From positions 32,222 through 96,221 of the forward strand of contig JAOZPE010000001.1 of the NCBI GenBank assembly GCA_029932915.1: a DNA stretch of 64,000 nt, read 5' to 3'. Position 1 is the stretch's first letter. The number at the start of each line of letters is the position of its first letter. A program made the position numbers and the translations under genes. The notes beneath the pieces were generated by a model. The model was not told the origin of the DNA and ran no database searches. It was given only the letters and a program-made list of their open reading frames with translations. Shown one piece after another: positions 18,694-27,118 of the stretch. The stretch is from Candidatus Krumholzibacteriia bacterium (lineage in GTDB: Bacteria; Krumholzibacteriota; Krumholzibacteriia; JAJRXK01).

Positions 18694-19611
18694 ATGCATA
18701 CGAAAAGAACCTCGATTCTCCTCCTGCTTCTCTTCGGTCTCCTGCTGCTCGGCAGCAGTGCAAGAGCCGCGTTCGACGACATCGCGGTGAGTCCCCGGGC
18801 CCGCGCCATGGGCGAGGCCTACGTGGCCGTCGGCGGCGATGCCTGGAGCTGGTACCACAATCCGGCTCTCCTGCCGTGGATCACTTCACCGGAGATCGCC
18901 GCGGCGGGCACCGAACCCAACGGCGGTGGTTACAACTCCCTGGGGACCATCGGCGGCATCCTTCCGGTGAAGGGTGGCTGGACGGGTCTGGCGGTCGGCC
19001 TGCGCCGCTACGGCGTCGACTACCGGGATGTCTCCCTCCTCACCGAGTACACGATCTCGATCGCGCAGGGCATCCAGTTGTTCAAGGACGACGCTTCGGG
19101 CGCTTCCTTCGGCTGGGCCCTCAACTTCTACAACCTCGATCTGGGCCAGAGCATCGGTCTGGCCGGGGACGGCACCGACGGCATCGACCCGGGCAACGCG
19201 TGGGCGATGGGCCTCGATCTCTCCGCGGTGGTTCAGGTGTGGGACCGCACCAAGGTGGGTTTCAACGCCAAGAACATCAACAGCCCGACCATCGGCGACG
19301 AGAACGAGGAGTTGCTGCAGCAGTTCAGCGTGGGGCTGAGCTATGAGCCGTACGAGGCGGTCATCACCGCGCTGGACATCCGCAGCCGGCCGGGGGAGGA
19401 CTTCCGTCTCCATGCGGGCGCCGAGTTCGGGGTGCTGGAGGTGCTCGATCTGCGAGCGGGTCTGGAGACCGATCCCGACAAACTCACCGCGGGTTTCGGC
19501 GTGCACCTGTACGGCGTCACCCTCGACTATGCCTTCTCCACCGGCGGCGGCGTTCTCGAGTCGACGCATCAGTTCGGCTTGAGCTATCGCTTCTCGGGAG
19601 GGGGGGAGTAG
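18694..19611 (+). CDS. PorV/FadL-superfamily outer-membrane beta-barrel (candidate T9SS cargo shuttle)
   Basis: Signal peptide, SPRARAMGEAYVA...HNPALL N-terminal motif, C-terminal DYAF...HQFGLSYRF, ~305 aa. Confidence 0.75.
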   Translation: MHTKRTSILLLLLFGLLLLGSSARAAFDDIAVSPRARAMGEAYVAVGGDAWSWYHNPALLPWITSPEIAAAGTEPNGGGYNSLGTIGGILPVKGGWTGLAVGLRRYGVDYRDVSLLTEYTISIAQGIQLFKDDASGASFGWALNFYNLDLGQSIGLAGDGTDGIDPGNAWAMGLDLSAVVQVWDRTKVGFNAKNINSPTIGDENEELLQQFSVGLSYEPYEAVITALDIRSRPGEDFRLHAGAEFGVLEVLDLRAGLETDPDKLTAGFGVHLYGVTLDYAFSTGGGVLESTHQFGLSYRFSGGGE

Positions 19612-19612
19612 C

Positions 19613-22168
19613 GTGTACGCTCCGCGCAAACAACTGGGGCGCGGAATTCTCGTGGCACTGGCCTTCAGCCTGTTGCTCGCGGCGCCGGTCCGCGCTCAAT
19701 ACGAGCAGGGAGACTCCCGGCGAGAGGCCATCGAGCCGAGGCAGCTCAAGGGCGAGGTGGACCTGGCCGGAGGGAAGCTCGATCTGAATCGCGCGACCCG
19801 CGATCAGATCCGTTCCCTTCCCATTCCTCCTGAAGTCGCCGACGCCATCTGGGAATACCGCACCTATCGCAGTTACTTCAGCTCCATCTACGATCTGAGC
19901 AAGGTCGAGGGCGTCACGCCCGAGATGATCAAGGAGCTGATCCCCCTGGTGGCCACCATGCCGCCGGAGAAGCAGGAAGCCTGGGTACGTCGCTTCGACG
20001 CCTCGTTCCGGGCGATGCAGCGATTCCTGAGCCGTGAAGGGGCCAGCGAGGAGCTCGCCGACGAATACCGCGACCTCCTGCTGGAACCGCGCAACATCAA
20101 CGATCTGTCCATCTATGCCCTGGAGAGCTACCAGAACGTCTCCCCGGTGGATGCCACCGCCATCCTCAAGGCGCGCAAGAGGTCGGGCGGCATCCAGAAC
20201 CAGCGGCAACTGCGCAGCGTCGACGGCCTGACCTACTGGGCCTACCGCAACCTGCGGGACTACGTCGTCTACGAACCGCCGGCGGGGGAGATGAAGCTGC
20301 ACGGTGGGGCCCAGGTGCAGGTGTACAACACCCCGTACATGCTCGACGACCGGGACATCCTCACCGAGGACTACGTGGGGGCCCCATCCCGCGACTTCGA
20401 CGAGGGGACGCCCTACGGGATCAAGAATCTGGACAGCGCGAATCCGGCCATCCTGAGCAAGTTGAAGCTGCGGCTGGGCAACCAGTGGAAGGCCGGCATG
20501 AGCACCTTCCGCAATGTCGGTGAGCGCAACGTGGCCGAGACGCTCAAGGGCTTCATCGAGTGGCACAACCCGCGGGCGAAGTCCTACCGCCTGGACAAGT
20601 TCGTGCTGGGCAATTTCCGGATCGCCTTCGGACAGGGCCTGGTGATGGACAACACCGACTACTTCCTCAGTCGCAAGACCGGCACGGGCTTCAACAAGCG
20701 TCCACGGGGCTTGATCGGTGACATGAGCCGATCCTACGAGTTCGCCCTGCGCGGCGCGGCCGCAGAAGCCGCCCTGGGGAATCTGCACGTCGTCGGTTTC
20801 TACAGCAACACCGACAAGGACGGCATCCTCAACCTCGACGAGAACGGCAACGCGGTGAGCATCAACAAGTACGTGGTGGGCAAGCCGCGGTTCGAGAACA
20901 GTGAATACGAGTTGATGAACACCGCCATCCGGCGGGGCGCCTTCGACGAGGAACTCTACGGTGGTGTTCTGCACTATCAGTTCGTGCCGGGAACCTTCGT
21001 GGGAATCTCGGGCTACGAGGCCCGCCACGACCTTCCCTGGGATCCGAAGGTCTCCACCCTGGTGACCGAGGTAGGTCGCTTGGAGGCTCGGGACAACGAA
21101 CTGTTCAACGCCTACGATTCGACCCAACTGGGCAACTTCCGACGCGTTCTGGGCGCTGAATTCCAGACCGTGATCAGCAACGTCGCCCTGGCCGGCGAGT
21201 ATGCCAAGCTCGACTCGAACCCCACCGGCGGCATCTTCTCCAATGCTCCCGACGCCATGGTGTTCACCGGCTACACCCAGTGGTCGAACTTCAACATCTT
21301 CGCGCTCTATCGTGACTACGATGTGGGCTTCGACAATCCCTATGCCCGGCCGTTCGGGCAGGACAACCGTTACGAGCAGACCTTGCTCGGCGATCCCTTC
21401 CGTTTGAATTCACCTCTGTACAGTTGGCTGGAGTCGACCACGCCGCAGACCAAGGCCGAGCAGGGGATCTTCCTGCAGACGCGCTACCGGATCAGCCGTC
21501 AGCTCACGATCTCCGGCCTGGAATTCGATCAGTGGAAGCGGAAGGCCGACGGACAGAGCCAGCATCGCTACACCTTGCGTCTGGAGTACGCGCCGATCTG
21601 GCCGCTGCGTTTCCGTCTGCGTGAACGCTACAGCGACCGGGCACCCGAGGAGCTGAGCGACAACCGGCGTTTCAAGAGCTGGGATACGCGGCTCGAGCTG
21701 CGGGCGCGGCTGAGCGGCTACGACGAATTGCGCTTGCTCTACAGCAATACCAACACCCAGTTCGCGCCGCGGCCCCGTCTGGGAGGACCGGCCGATCCGG
21801 ACGGCAGCAACTTCACCCCGCTGGCGCAGGAAGCCGCCCCGGGCCAGGCCATCCAGGCCATGCTGGTGCACAACGTCAACGATCGTCTCCAGTTCACGTT
21901 CAGCACCGAGCTCTACGAGGGCTTCCTCTGGAACTTCGAAGACAACGAGTTCGTCGTGGTCGACGGCAACGGCATGCGCAACTGGTTCCTCATCCAGAGC
22001 CGACTCGATGACCACTTCCTCGTTCGATTCAAGATGACCAACGATCGTCAGCGGACCCGTGACAACCTGGAGATCCGCGATTATGCCAATTCCACCCCCA
22101 GCGAGTTGCGCGCGGGCGACAAGCGTCAGTACACCGCTTTCCGCCTCCAGCTCGACTACAACTTCTAG
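19613..22168 (+). CDS. ComEA-type helix-hairpin-helix DNA-binding domains (two) fused to a predicted outer-membrane beta-barrel
   Basis: Signal peptide; LDLNRAT..IRSLP..A.AI.EYR..F.SIYDL.KVEGV; second repeat NIN..LES..A.AI.K.R..G.I..LRSVDGL; alternating beta strands ending in the beta-signal FRLQLDYNF. Confidence 0.8.
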   Translation: MYAPRKQLGRGILVALAFSLLLAAPVRAQYEQGDSRREAIEPRQLKGEVDLAGGKLDLNRATRDQIRSLPIPPEVADAIWEYRTYRSYFSSIYDLSKVEGVTPEMIKELIPLVATMPPEKQEAWVRRFDASFRAMQRFLSREGASEELADEYRDLLLEPRNINDLSIYALESYQNVSPVDATAILKARKRSGGIQNQRQLRSVDGLTYWAYRNLRDYVVYEPPAGEMKLHGGAQVQVYNTPYMLDDRDILTEDYVGAPSRDFDEGTPYGIKNLDSANPAILSKLKLRLGNQWKAGMSTFRNVGERNVAETLKGFIEWHNPRAKSYRLDKFVLGNFRIAFGQGLVMDNTDYFLSRKTGTGFNKRPRGLIGDMSRSYEFALRGAAAEAALGNLHVVGFYSNTDKDGILNLDENGNAVSINKYVVGKPRFENSEYELMNTAIRRGAFDEELYGGVLHYQFVPGTFVGISGYEARHDLPWDPKVSTLVTEVGRLEARDNELFNAYDSTQLGNFRRVLGAEFQTVISNVALAGEYAKLDSNPTGGIFSNAPDAMVFTGYTQWSNFNIFALYRDYDVGFDNPYARPFGQDNRYEQTLLGDPFRLNSPLYSWLESTTPQTKAEQGIFLQTRYRISRQLTISGLEFDQWKRKADGQSQHRYTLRLEYAPIWPLRFRLRERYSDRAPEELSDNRRFKSWDTRLELRARLSGYDELRLLYSNTNTQFAPRPRLGGPADPDGSNFTPLAQEAAPGQAIQAMLVHNVNDRLQFTFSTELYEGFLWNFEDNEFVVVDGNGMRNWFLIQSRLDDHFLVRFKMTNDRQRTRDNLEIRDYANSTPSELRAGDKRQYTAFRLQLDYNF

Positions 22169-22178
22169 GGAGTATCCC

Positions 22179-23543
22179 ATGCGTGGCAGTGTTTGCAGAA
22201 GCATACGGATCCTGACCCTCGTCCTGGCGGCGGCGTCGCTTCTCGCCTCCCCCGCGCGCGCATTCACCACTCTGGATGCGGCATACGGTACGCCATGGGA
22301 TGCGGAGAACCCGCGCACGGCGGCCATGGGTTCGGTCGGGGCGGCTCTGTACCAGGGGGCGGGAAACCTCGTCTCGAATCCGGCGATGCTCGCCTACATG
22401 GACGGCCGCATCCTGGTGGAGCTCAACGGGGGATTTCTCCAGGCCAACGAGGACCGCTATCAGCCCCTGTACAATTCCTTCGACTCGTACGTGACCGATA
22501 CCGTCATCGCGAGCAACCGCAACAGCTACGGGCAACTGCAGGGCGGTGTCCTGTTCAGCCTTTCCCGCGAGCATGCGATGAGCTTCGGGATCGGCGTGTT
22601 CGACCGCTACATCTTCGACTACGACTACAGTGAGGAGATCCGCGATCCCTCTCCCTTCGTCGACACCCGCGACGCGGTCATCCAGTTGCGTCAGTACCAT
22701 ATCGAGGGAAGACTCCGCTCGATCACCGCGGGCTGGGGGATGGAAGTGATTCCGCGCCTGTCGCTGGGTCTGAGCGTGAACTACTACCTCGGAAAGTTGC
22801 AGCACCGGGTGGCGACCTCGACCACGCCTACCTACGAGAACACCTTCCTGAGCGATCCGGGCCCGGCGGCCTTCGACCACGATCTCGACGGCTGGAGTGT
22901 CGCGCTGGGTCTGGAGGGAAGGGTTTCCGACCGCCTCGATCTCGGAGTGAACTTCGAGAGCGGCTTCACCGTCGAGGGGGCCATCACCTCCATGGATTCG
23001 ACGATCGGGACCTGGGTGCCCTACGACCGCGAGGAGACCGTGCTCGCCGTGGGTGGGGAGGATGTGAAGATCAAGTATCCTTCGACCCTGCGGGCGGGGA
23101 TGACCTTCCATCCGCGCAACCAGCTCAAGACCACCTTCTCGTTCGACCTGGTCCGCCGCTTCTGGGAGGGCGTTTCCAGCGATAGCTACCGTACGGCGGC
23201 CTTTGGCGGCGGATACACGCTGCGGGACACCTGGGACGTCCGGGTGGGTCTGGAGCATGTCTTCTACAACAAGGTGCCGGCCCGCTTCGGTTTTCGTTAT
23301 CTTGAGAACTACGCCGACCCCGAGTCACAGCGGTCGATCTTCTCGGCGGGGACGGGTTGGTCGACGGCGGGTCTTACCCTGGAAGCGACGGTGCAGTACC
23401 ACCGGCAGACCACCCGCCAGGACTATCTCTTCGACCGCACCCTGGAGTGGACGGACCGTCCGCCGGACGTTCCCGACGACGGGCTCTCCAAAGTGGAGGA
23501 TGGAACGGTGACCCTCCTGCTGGGGGTTTCCCGGCGCTTCTAG
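22179..23543 (+). CDS. FadL/OmpP1-like outer-membrane beta-barrel
   Basis: Signal peptide ending ARA-F, NPRTAAMG...SNPAML, amphipathic strands, C-terminal LGVSRRF. Confidence 0.72.
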   Translation: MRGSVCRSIRILTLVLAAASLLASPARAFTTLDAAYGTPWDAENPRTAAMGSVGAALYQGAGNLVSNPAMLAYMDGRILVELNGGFLQANEDRYQPLYNSFDSYVTDTVIASNRNSYGQLQGGVLFSLSREHAMSFGIGVFDRYIFDYDYSEEIRDPSPFVDTRDAVIQLRQYHIEGRLRSITAGWGMEVIPRLSLGLSVNYYLGKLQHRVATSTTPTYENTFLSDPGPAAFDHDLDGWSVALGLEGRVSDRLDLGVNFESGFTVEGAITSMDSTIGTWVPYDREETVLAVGGEDVKIKYPSTLRAGMTFHPRNQLKTTFSFDLVRRFWEGVSSDSYRTAAFGGGYTLRDTWDVRVGLEHVFYNKVPARFGFRYLENYADPESQRSIFSAGTGWSTAGLTLEATVQYHRQTTRQDYLFDRTLEWTDRPPDVPDDGLSKVEDGTVTLLLGVSRRF

Positions 23544-23555
23544 CCTCTGGAAGGG

Positions 23556-25010
23556 ATGACGCTCTTGGAGCGCGGAATTCGTTCGTTCATCGGCCGTGCC
23601 GCCGTTGTCTCTGTGACGGCGGCGCTGCTTCTGCTGGGCGCCTGCTCGTCGAAGGCACCGGTGGAGGGAGTGATCCTTCCACCCAGCGATTCGATCAGCG
23701 TGGTCGATCGCAGCGTACTGTGGCACACCGACGAGCCGGCCCGGGGTCTCGTGCGCTACGGTCTCGATCGTGGGCATCTCGATCACGTCGCCTATCCCGC
23801 CGCGGCCGCCCGTGAGGACCGCTCCTTCGTCAAGGAACACCGGGTGACCCTGCTGGACGTGCAGGCCGGCCGGACCATCTACTACCAGGTGGGGGTGGAG
23901 ACGAGTCTCAGCGGCTGCCGTTTCACCGCCATCGATTCCTTCGTCTCGCAGCTGGGTCCGGCGCCGGGCGTGCTGACGTCGACCATGGTCCACATCGGCT
24001 TCGGTGATGCGCACGTGTTGACCATGCCCACCAACGGACGCCATGTGCTCATCGACGCCGGTACGCGCGAAGCGGCCGTCTCGGTGCGTCAGTATCTGCT
24101 GGAGCATGGCATCGACGCCTTCAGCGGCATGCTCGCCACCCACGTGCACATCGATCACATCGGAGGCATCCTCGGCTACGATCGCGGTGGCATCCTGGCG
24201 AGTCACCCGCCTTCGATCTTCTACGATTCGGCACGCAAGGACGTGGGCTCGGAGAAGTACGCCTACAGCGAGGTGCAGTCGATGATCGCCGAGGAGAACG
24301 TCGACGAAGCCGTCCTGCATCGCTTCGATACCTCATCGAGCGTGGCGGCGCTGCAATGGGATCCCGAGGTCGAGGTGACGGTGTTGAACAGTGGCACTCC
24401 CGACGACTACGTCCCGGACGGCTACGAGGGTACGGACATCAACAACGAGTCGATCGTGTTGCTCATCGCCTACGGCGACGTCCGCTTCGTCATCGGCGGC
24501 GACGCCGAGCAGGAGGCCGAGGCCAGCATGCTGGCGGCCTTCGCTCCCGCGGACCTGGAAGTGCAGTACTACAAGGTGCAGCACCATGGTCTCTCCGATG
24601 CCTCGAGCACGGCGTGGGTGAACACGTTGAGGCCGCGGGTGGCGTTCATCCCCAACACGGCGTGGTCGTGGGACGGAGACCTCGATGGGGCCATCAGCCA
24701 GACCACGGGACGGCTGGAGGCCATCGGAGCGCAGATCTATGTCATCGACGACGTGCCGATGATCGGTGAGCCCCGCTCGATGGGCATCCAGCACAACATC
24801 ACCTTCGCCACCGACGGTGTCAGCTATGAGGTGCGGGTGGAGACGGCACAACAGACGGCACCGCACAAGATGGCCTCCACCGCCTCGTGTGTCCGCGGCG
24901 ATCCCGACCTGCAGAATCTCTTTCCTCTCCATGACCACGAGGGCGATTCCGGCCTCGACAGGGTGAAGACCGACTCTCCGCCGCCGACGGCGGACAGCTC
25001 CCAGGAGTAG
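23556..25010 (+). CDS. Lipoprotein: Fn3-like domain plus ComEC/Rec2-type metallo-beta-lactamase hydrolase (putative nuclease/phosphodiesterase)
   Basis: Lipobox LGAC; W.TDEP..V.YG..H.V.L..YYQV (Fn3); IGFGDA, LIDAG, THVHIDHIGG, NNESIV, GDAE, KVQHHG. Confidence 0.8.
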   Translation: MTLLERGIRSFIGRAAVVSVTAALLLLGACSSKAPVEGVILPPSDSISVVDRSVLWHTDEPARGLVRYGLDRGHLDHVAYPAAAAREDRSFVKEHRVTLLDVQAGRTIYYQVGVETSLSGCRFTAIDSFVSQLGPAPGVLTSTMVHIGFGDAHVLTMPTNGRHVLIDAGTREAAVSVRQYLLEHGIDAFSGMLATHVHIDHIGGILGYDRGGILASHPPSIFYDSARKDVGSEKYAYSEVQSMIAEENVDEAVLHRFDTSSSVAALQWDPEVEVTVLNSGTPDDYVPDGYEGTDINNESIVLLIAYGDVRFVIGGDAEQEAEASMLAAFAPADLEVQYYKVQHHGLSDASSTAWVNTLRPRVAFIPNTAWSWDGDLDGAISQTTGRLEAIGAQIYVIDDVPMIGEPRSMGIQHNITFATDGVSYEVRVETAQQTAPHKMASTASCVRGDPDLQNLFPLHDHEGDSGLDRVKTDSPPPTADSSQE

Positions 25011-25014
25011 AGCC

Positions 25015-26697
25015 ATGCGCGCAGTTTCCGCTCTCGCTATCTTGTTCATTCTCGCCGCGACGGGTCTGGCCGTCTCCGATGCTTCGGCCGGAGAGACCGT
25101 GCGCCTTCATCTCATCTGGACCAACGACATCCATGGCCACGTGGGCAATGAGGAAGCGCGCTTCATGAATCCCGAGTTCCCCCCGCCTCTGGGTGGGGGG
25201 GCCTCGGCGGCGGCCTACGTGCAGAAGGTGCGCGCCGCGTGTGAGAAGGACCCCGACTCGGACGTGCTGCTGCTCGACGCCGGCGATACCTGGCAGGGCG
25301 CCCCGGTGGGCACGCTCAGTGCGGGCCGGGTCATGGAAGCTTACTTCGATGCCATGCAGTACGATGCGGTCACCGTCGGCAACCACGAGTTCGACAAGGG
25401 CCTCGACGTTCCCATCCGCATGTCACAGGCCATGCGGCAGAAGTTCGTCTGCGCAAACATCTACAAAGAGGGCACGGAGGAAATGGTCGACTGGACCGAG
25501 CCCTACCGGGTGGTGGAGAAGGCCGGCCTGCGCATCGGCATCGTCGGGGCGGTCACTCCTTCCACGAAGTCGATGGCCTTCGCCGAGAACGTGGCCGGGA
25601 TCGATTTCGGCCCGATTGCCCCGGTGCTGGAGAAGTACCGTGACATCCTTCTGGAGCGCGAACACGTCGATCTGGTGGTGGCTCTGATTCACGAGGGTTT
25701 GCCCTACAACCCGGACGAAGGCTGGGAAGATCTGGTGCGACGGGTGAAGGAGGGCGTCGATCTGCGGCTGCATGCGCGCAGTGCCATGGAGATCGCCCAC
25801 GTGGTCCACGGGATCCCCATCTTCGTCGGCGGCCACACCCACCGCGGCTACCGCAAGCCGTGGATCGATCCGGTGACCCAGGCCATGGTCTTCGAGACCT
25901 TCGGCAACGGCTCATCGGTGGGACACGTGATCATCCTCATCGACCGCCCCACCGACCAGGTGGTCGGTTACGAGAGCCCCCGGCGCGACGGCACCCTGGT
26001 GACCCTGTTCGAGGACGAGTGGTGGCCGGATGAGAAGATGGCGGCCGAACTCGAACCCTATATCCACGAAGCCCGGGCCGGTCTGGACGAGACGGTGGGG
26101 CGCTCGGCGGTCGAATTGAGCCGCCGCGGCGGACCTCTCTCGCGGATGGGGATCCTCGTGACCAGCGCCATGCTCGAGGCCACCGGGGCCGATTTCGCCT
26201 TCTCCAACACCGGCGGCCTGCGCAGTGATCTGCCTCCGGGCCGGATCACCCTGGGCGACCTCATCCGGGTCCTGCCCTTCGGCAACGCCCTGGCCACCGT
26301 CGAGATGGACGGAGCCATGATCCGCAAGATCTTCGAACGCAAGAGCGGGCGTCGCAGCAGCGGCATCGCCTTCTCCGGGGTGAAGGTGGTCGTCGATCCG
26401 GACGCCCCGCAGGGACGCCGGGTCCTCGAGCTGACCCTGCTCGACGGCACGCCCATCGTGCCGGGGCGGCGCTACCTCGTGGCGACCTCGGACTTCCTCA
26501 TGGAGGGCAACAGCGGCCTGGACTTCCTGGCCGAGATCCCGCCGGATCAGGTCAACTACACCGGCATCCTCACCCGCGACGCCCTGGCCGAATACCTGCG
26601 CAAGCACAGCCCGGTGGCGCCTCATGCGGACGACCGGTGGAGGGAGAAGGTGGGGGGGACGCCCGCCGACTATCTGCAGACCCCGGCCGTCCAGTAG
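25015..26697 (+). CDS. Exported 5'-nucleotidase / UDP-sugar hydrolase (UshA family)
   Basis: Signal peptide; TNDIHG, DAGD, GNHEFD, GGHTH; C-terminal domain NTGGLR..VLPFGN. Confidence 0.92.
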   Translation: MRAVSALAILFILAATGLAVSDASAGETVRLHLIWTNDIHGHVGNEEARFMNPEFPPPLGGGASAAAYVQKVRAACEKDPDSDVLLLDAGDTWQGAPVGTLSAGRVMEAYFDAMQYDAVTVGNHEFDKGLDVPIRMSQAMRQKFVCANIYKEGTEEMVDWTEPYRVVEKAGLRIGIVGAVTPSTKSMAFAENVAGIDFGPIAPVLEKYRDILLEREHVDLVVALIHEGLPYNPDEGWEDLVRRVKEGVDLRLHARSAMEIAHVVHGIPIFVGGHTHRGYRKPWIDPVTQAMVFETFGNGSSVGHVIILIDRPTDQVVGYESPRRDGTLVTLFEDEWWPDEKMAAELEPYIHEARAGLDETVGRSAVELSRRGGPLSRMGILVTSAMLEATGADFAFSNTGGLRSDLPPGRITLGDLIRVLPFGNALATVEMDGAMIRKIFERKSGRRSSGIAFSGVKVVVDPDAPQGRRVLELTLLDGTPIVPGRRYLVATSDFLMEGNSGLDFLAEIPPDQVNYTGILTRDALAEYLRKHSPVAPHADDRWREKVGGTPADYLQTPAVQ

Positions 26698-26762
26698 GCT
26701 CCGCCGATCCGGCCCCTCCCTCGAAGGCTCCCGCCGTCTCGCGGGCTGCGGGCACGTCGTCG

Positions 26763-26809
26763 TTTTGCAAGTCATCGCAGCTTTTGCAAGCCTTCCTCCG
26801 CTTGCGCAA
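26763..26809. promoter_or_regulatory. TTTTGCAAG direct repeat (19-bp period) plus a TTGCGCAA palindrome; candidate regulator sites
   Basis: Copies at 26763-26771 and 26782-26790; palindrome at 26802-26809; AT-richer intergenic patch. Confidence 0.35.
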
Positions 26810-27118
26810 ACGTGCCAATCGGGGCCGAGGAGGTCCATTCCCGCCCCGGACGGTGCGAGGCAAGCGGCCGCCGGCTTCCCCGGCCTCGCTCTCGTGAGTT
26901 CCCCTGCGTTCCCATGATTCCCCGTAGAGGAGCGCGCTTACGGGCGTGGTGGCCTGGAGCCGGCCGGTGGCCGGTCACGGGTTGGGAGGGGGGACGCCGG
27001 AGCCGTGGGGACGGTCCTGATCCTGCATATCCCGATGGTTCCAGGAACACCGCCTCACATCCCGGGGGGACCAGGGGCGGTGGTTGCGGCCCGTGCCGTC
27101 CCCATGGAGGAGATCGCG

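Noticed and set aside
23556-25010. Canonical comEC competence channel
   Set aside because: There is no multi-TM Competence domain; only the MBL domain on a lipoprotein.
26802-26818. sigma54 promoter on the minus strand (TGGCACGTTTGCGCA)
   Set aside because: GG-to-GC spacing is 9 rather than 10, and it would point antisense into the nucleotidase gene.
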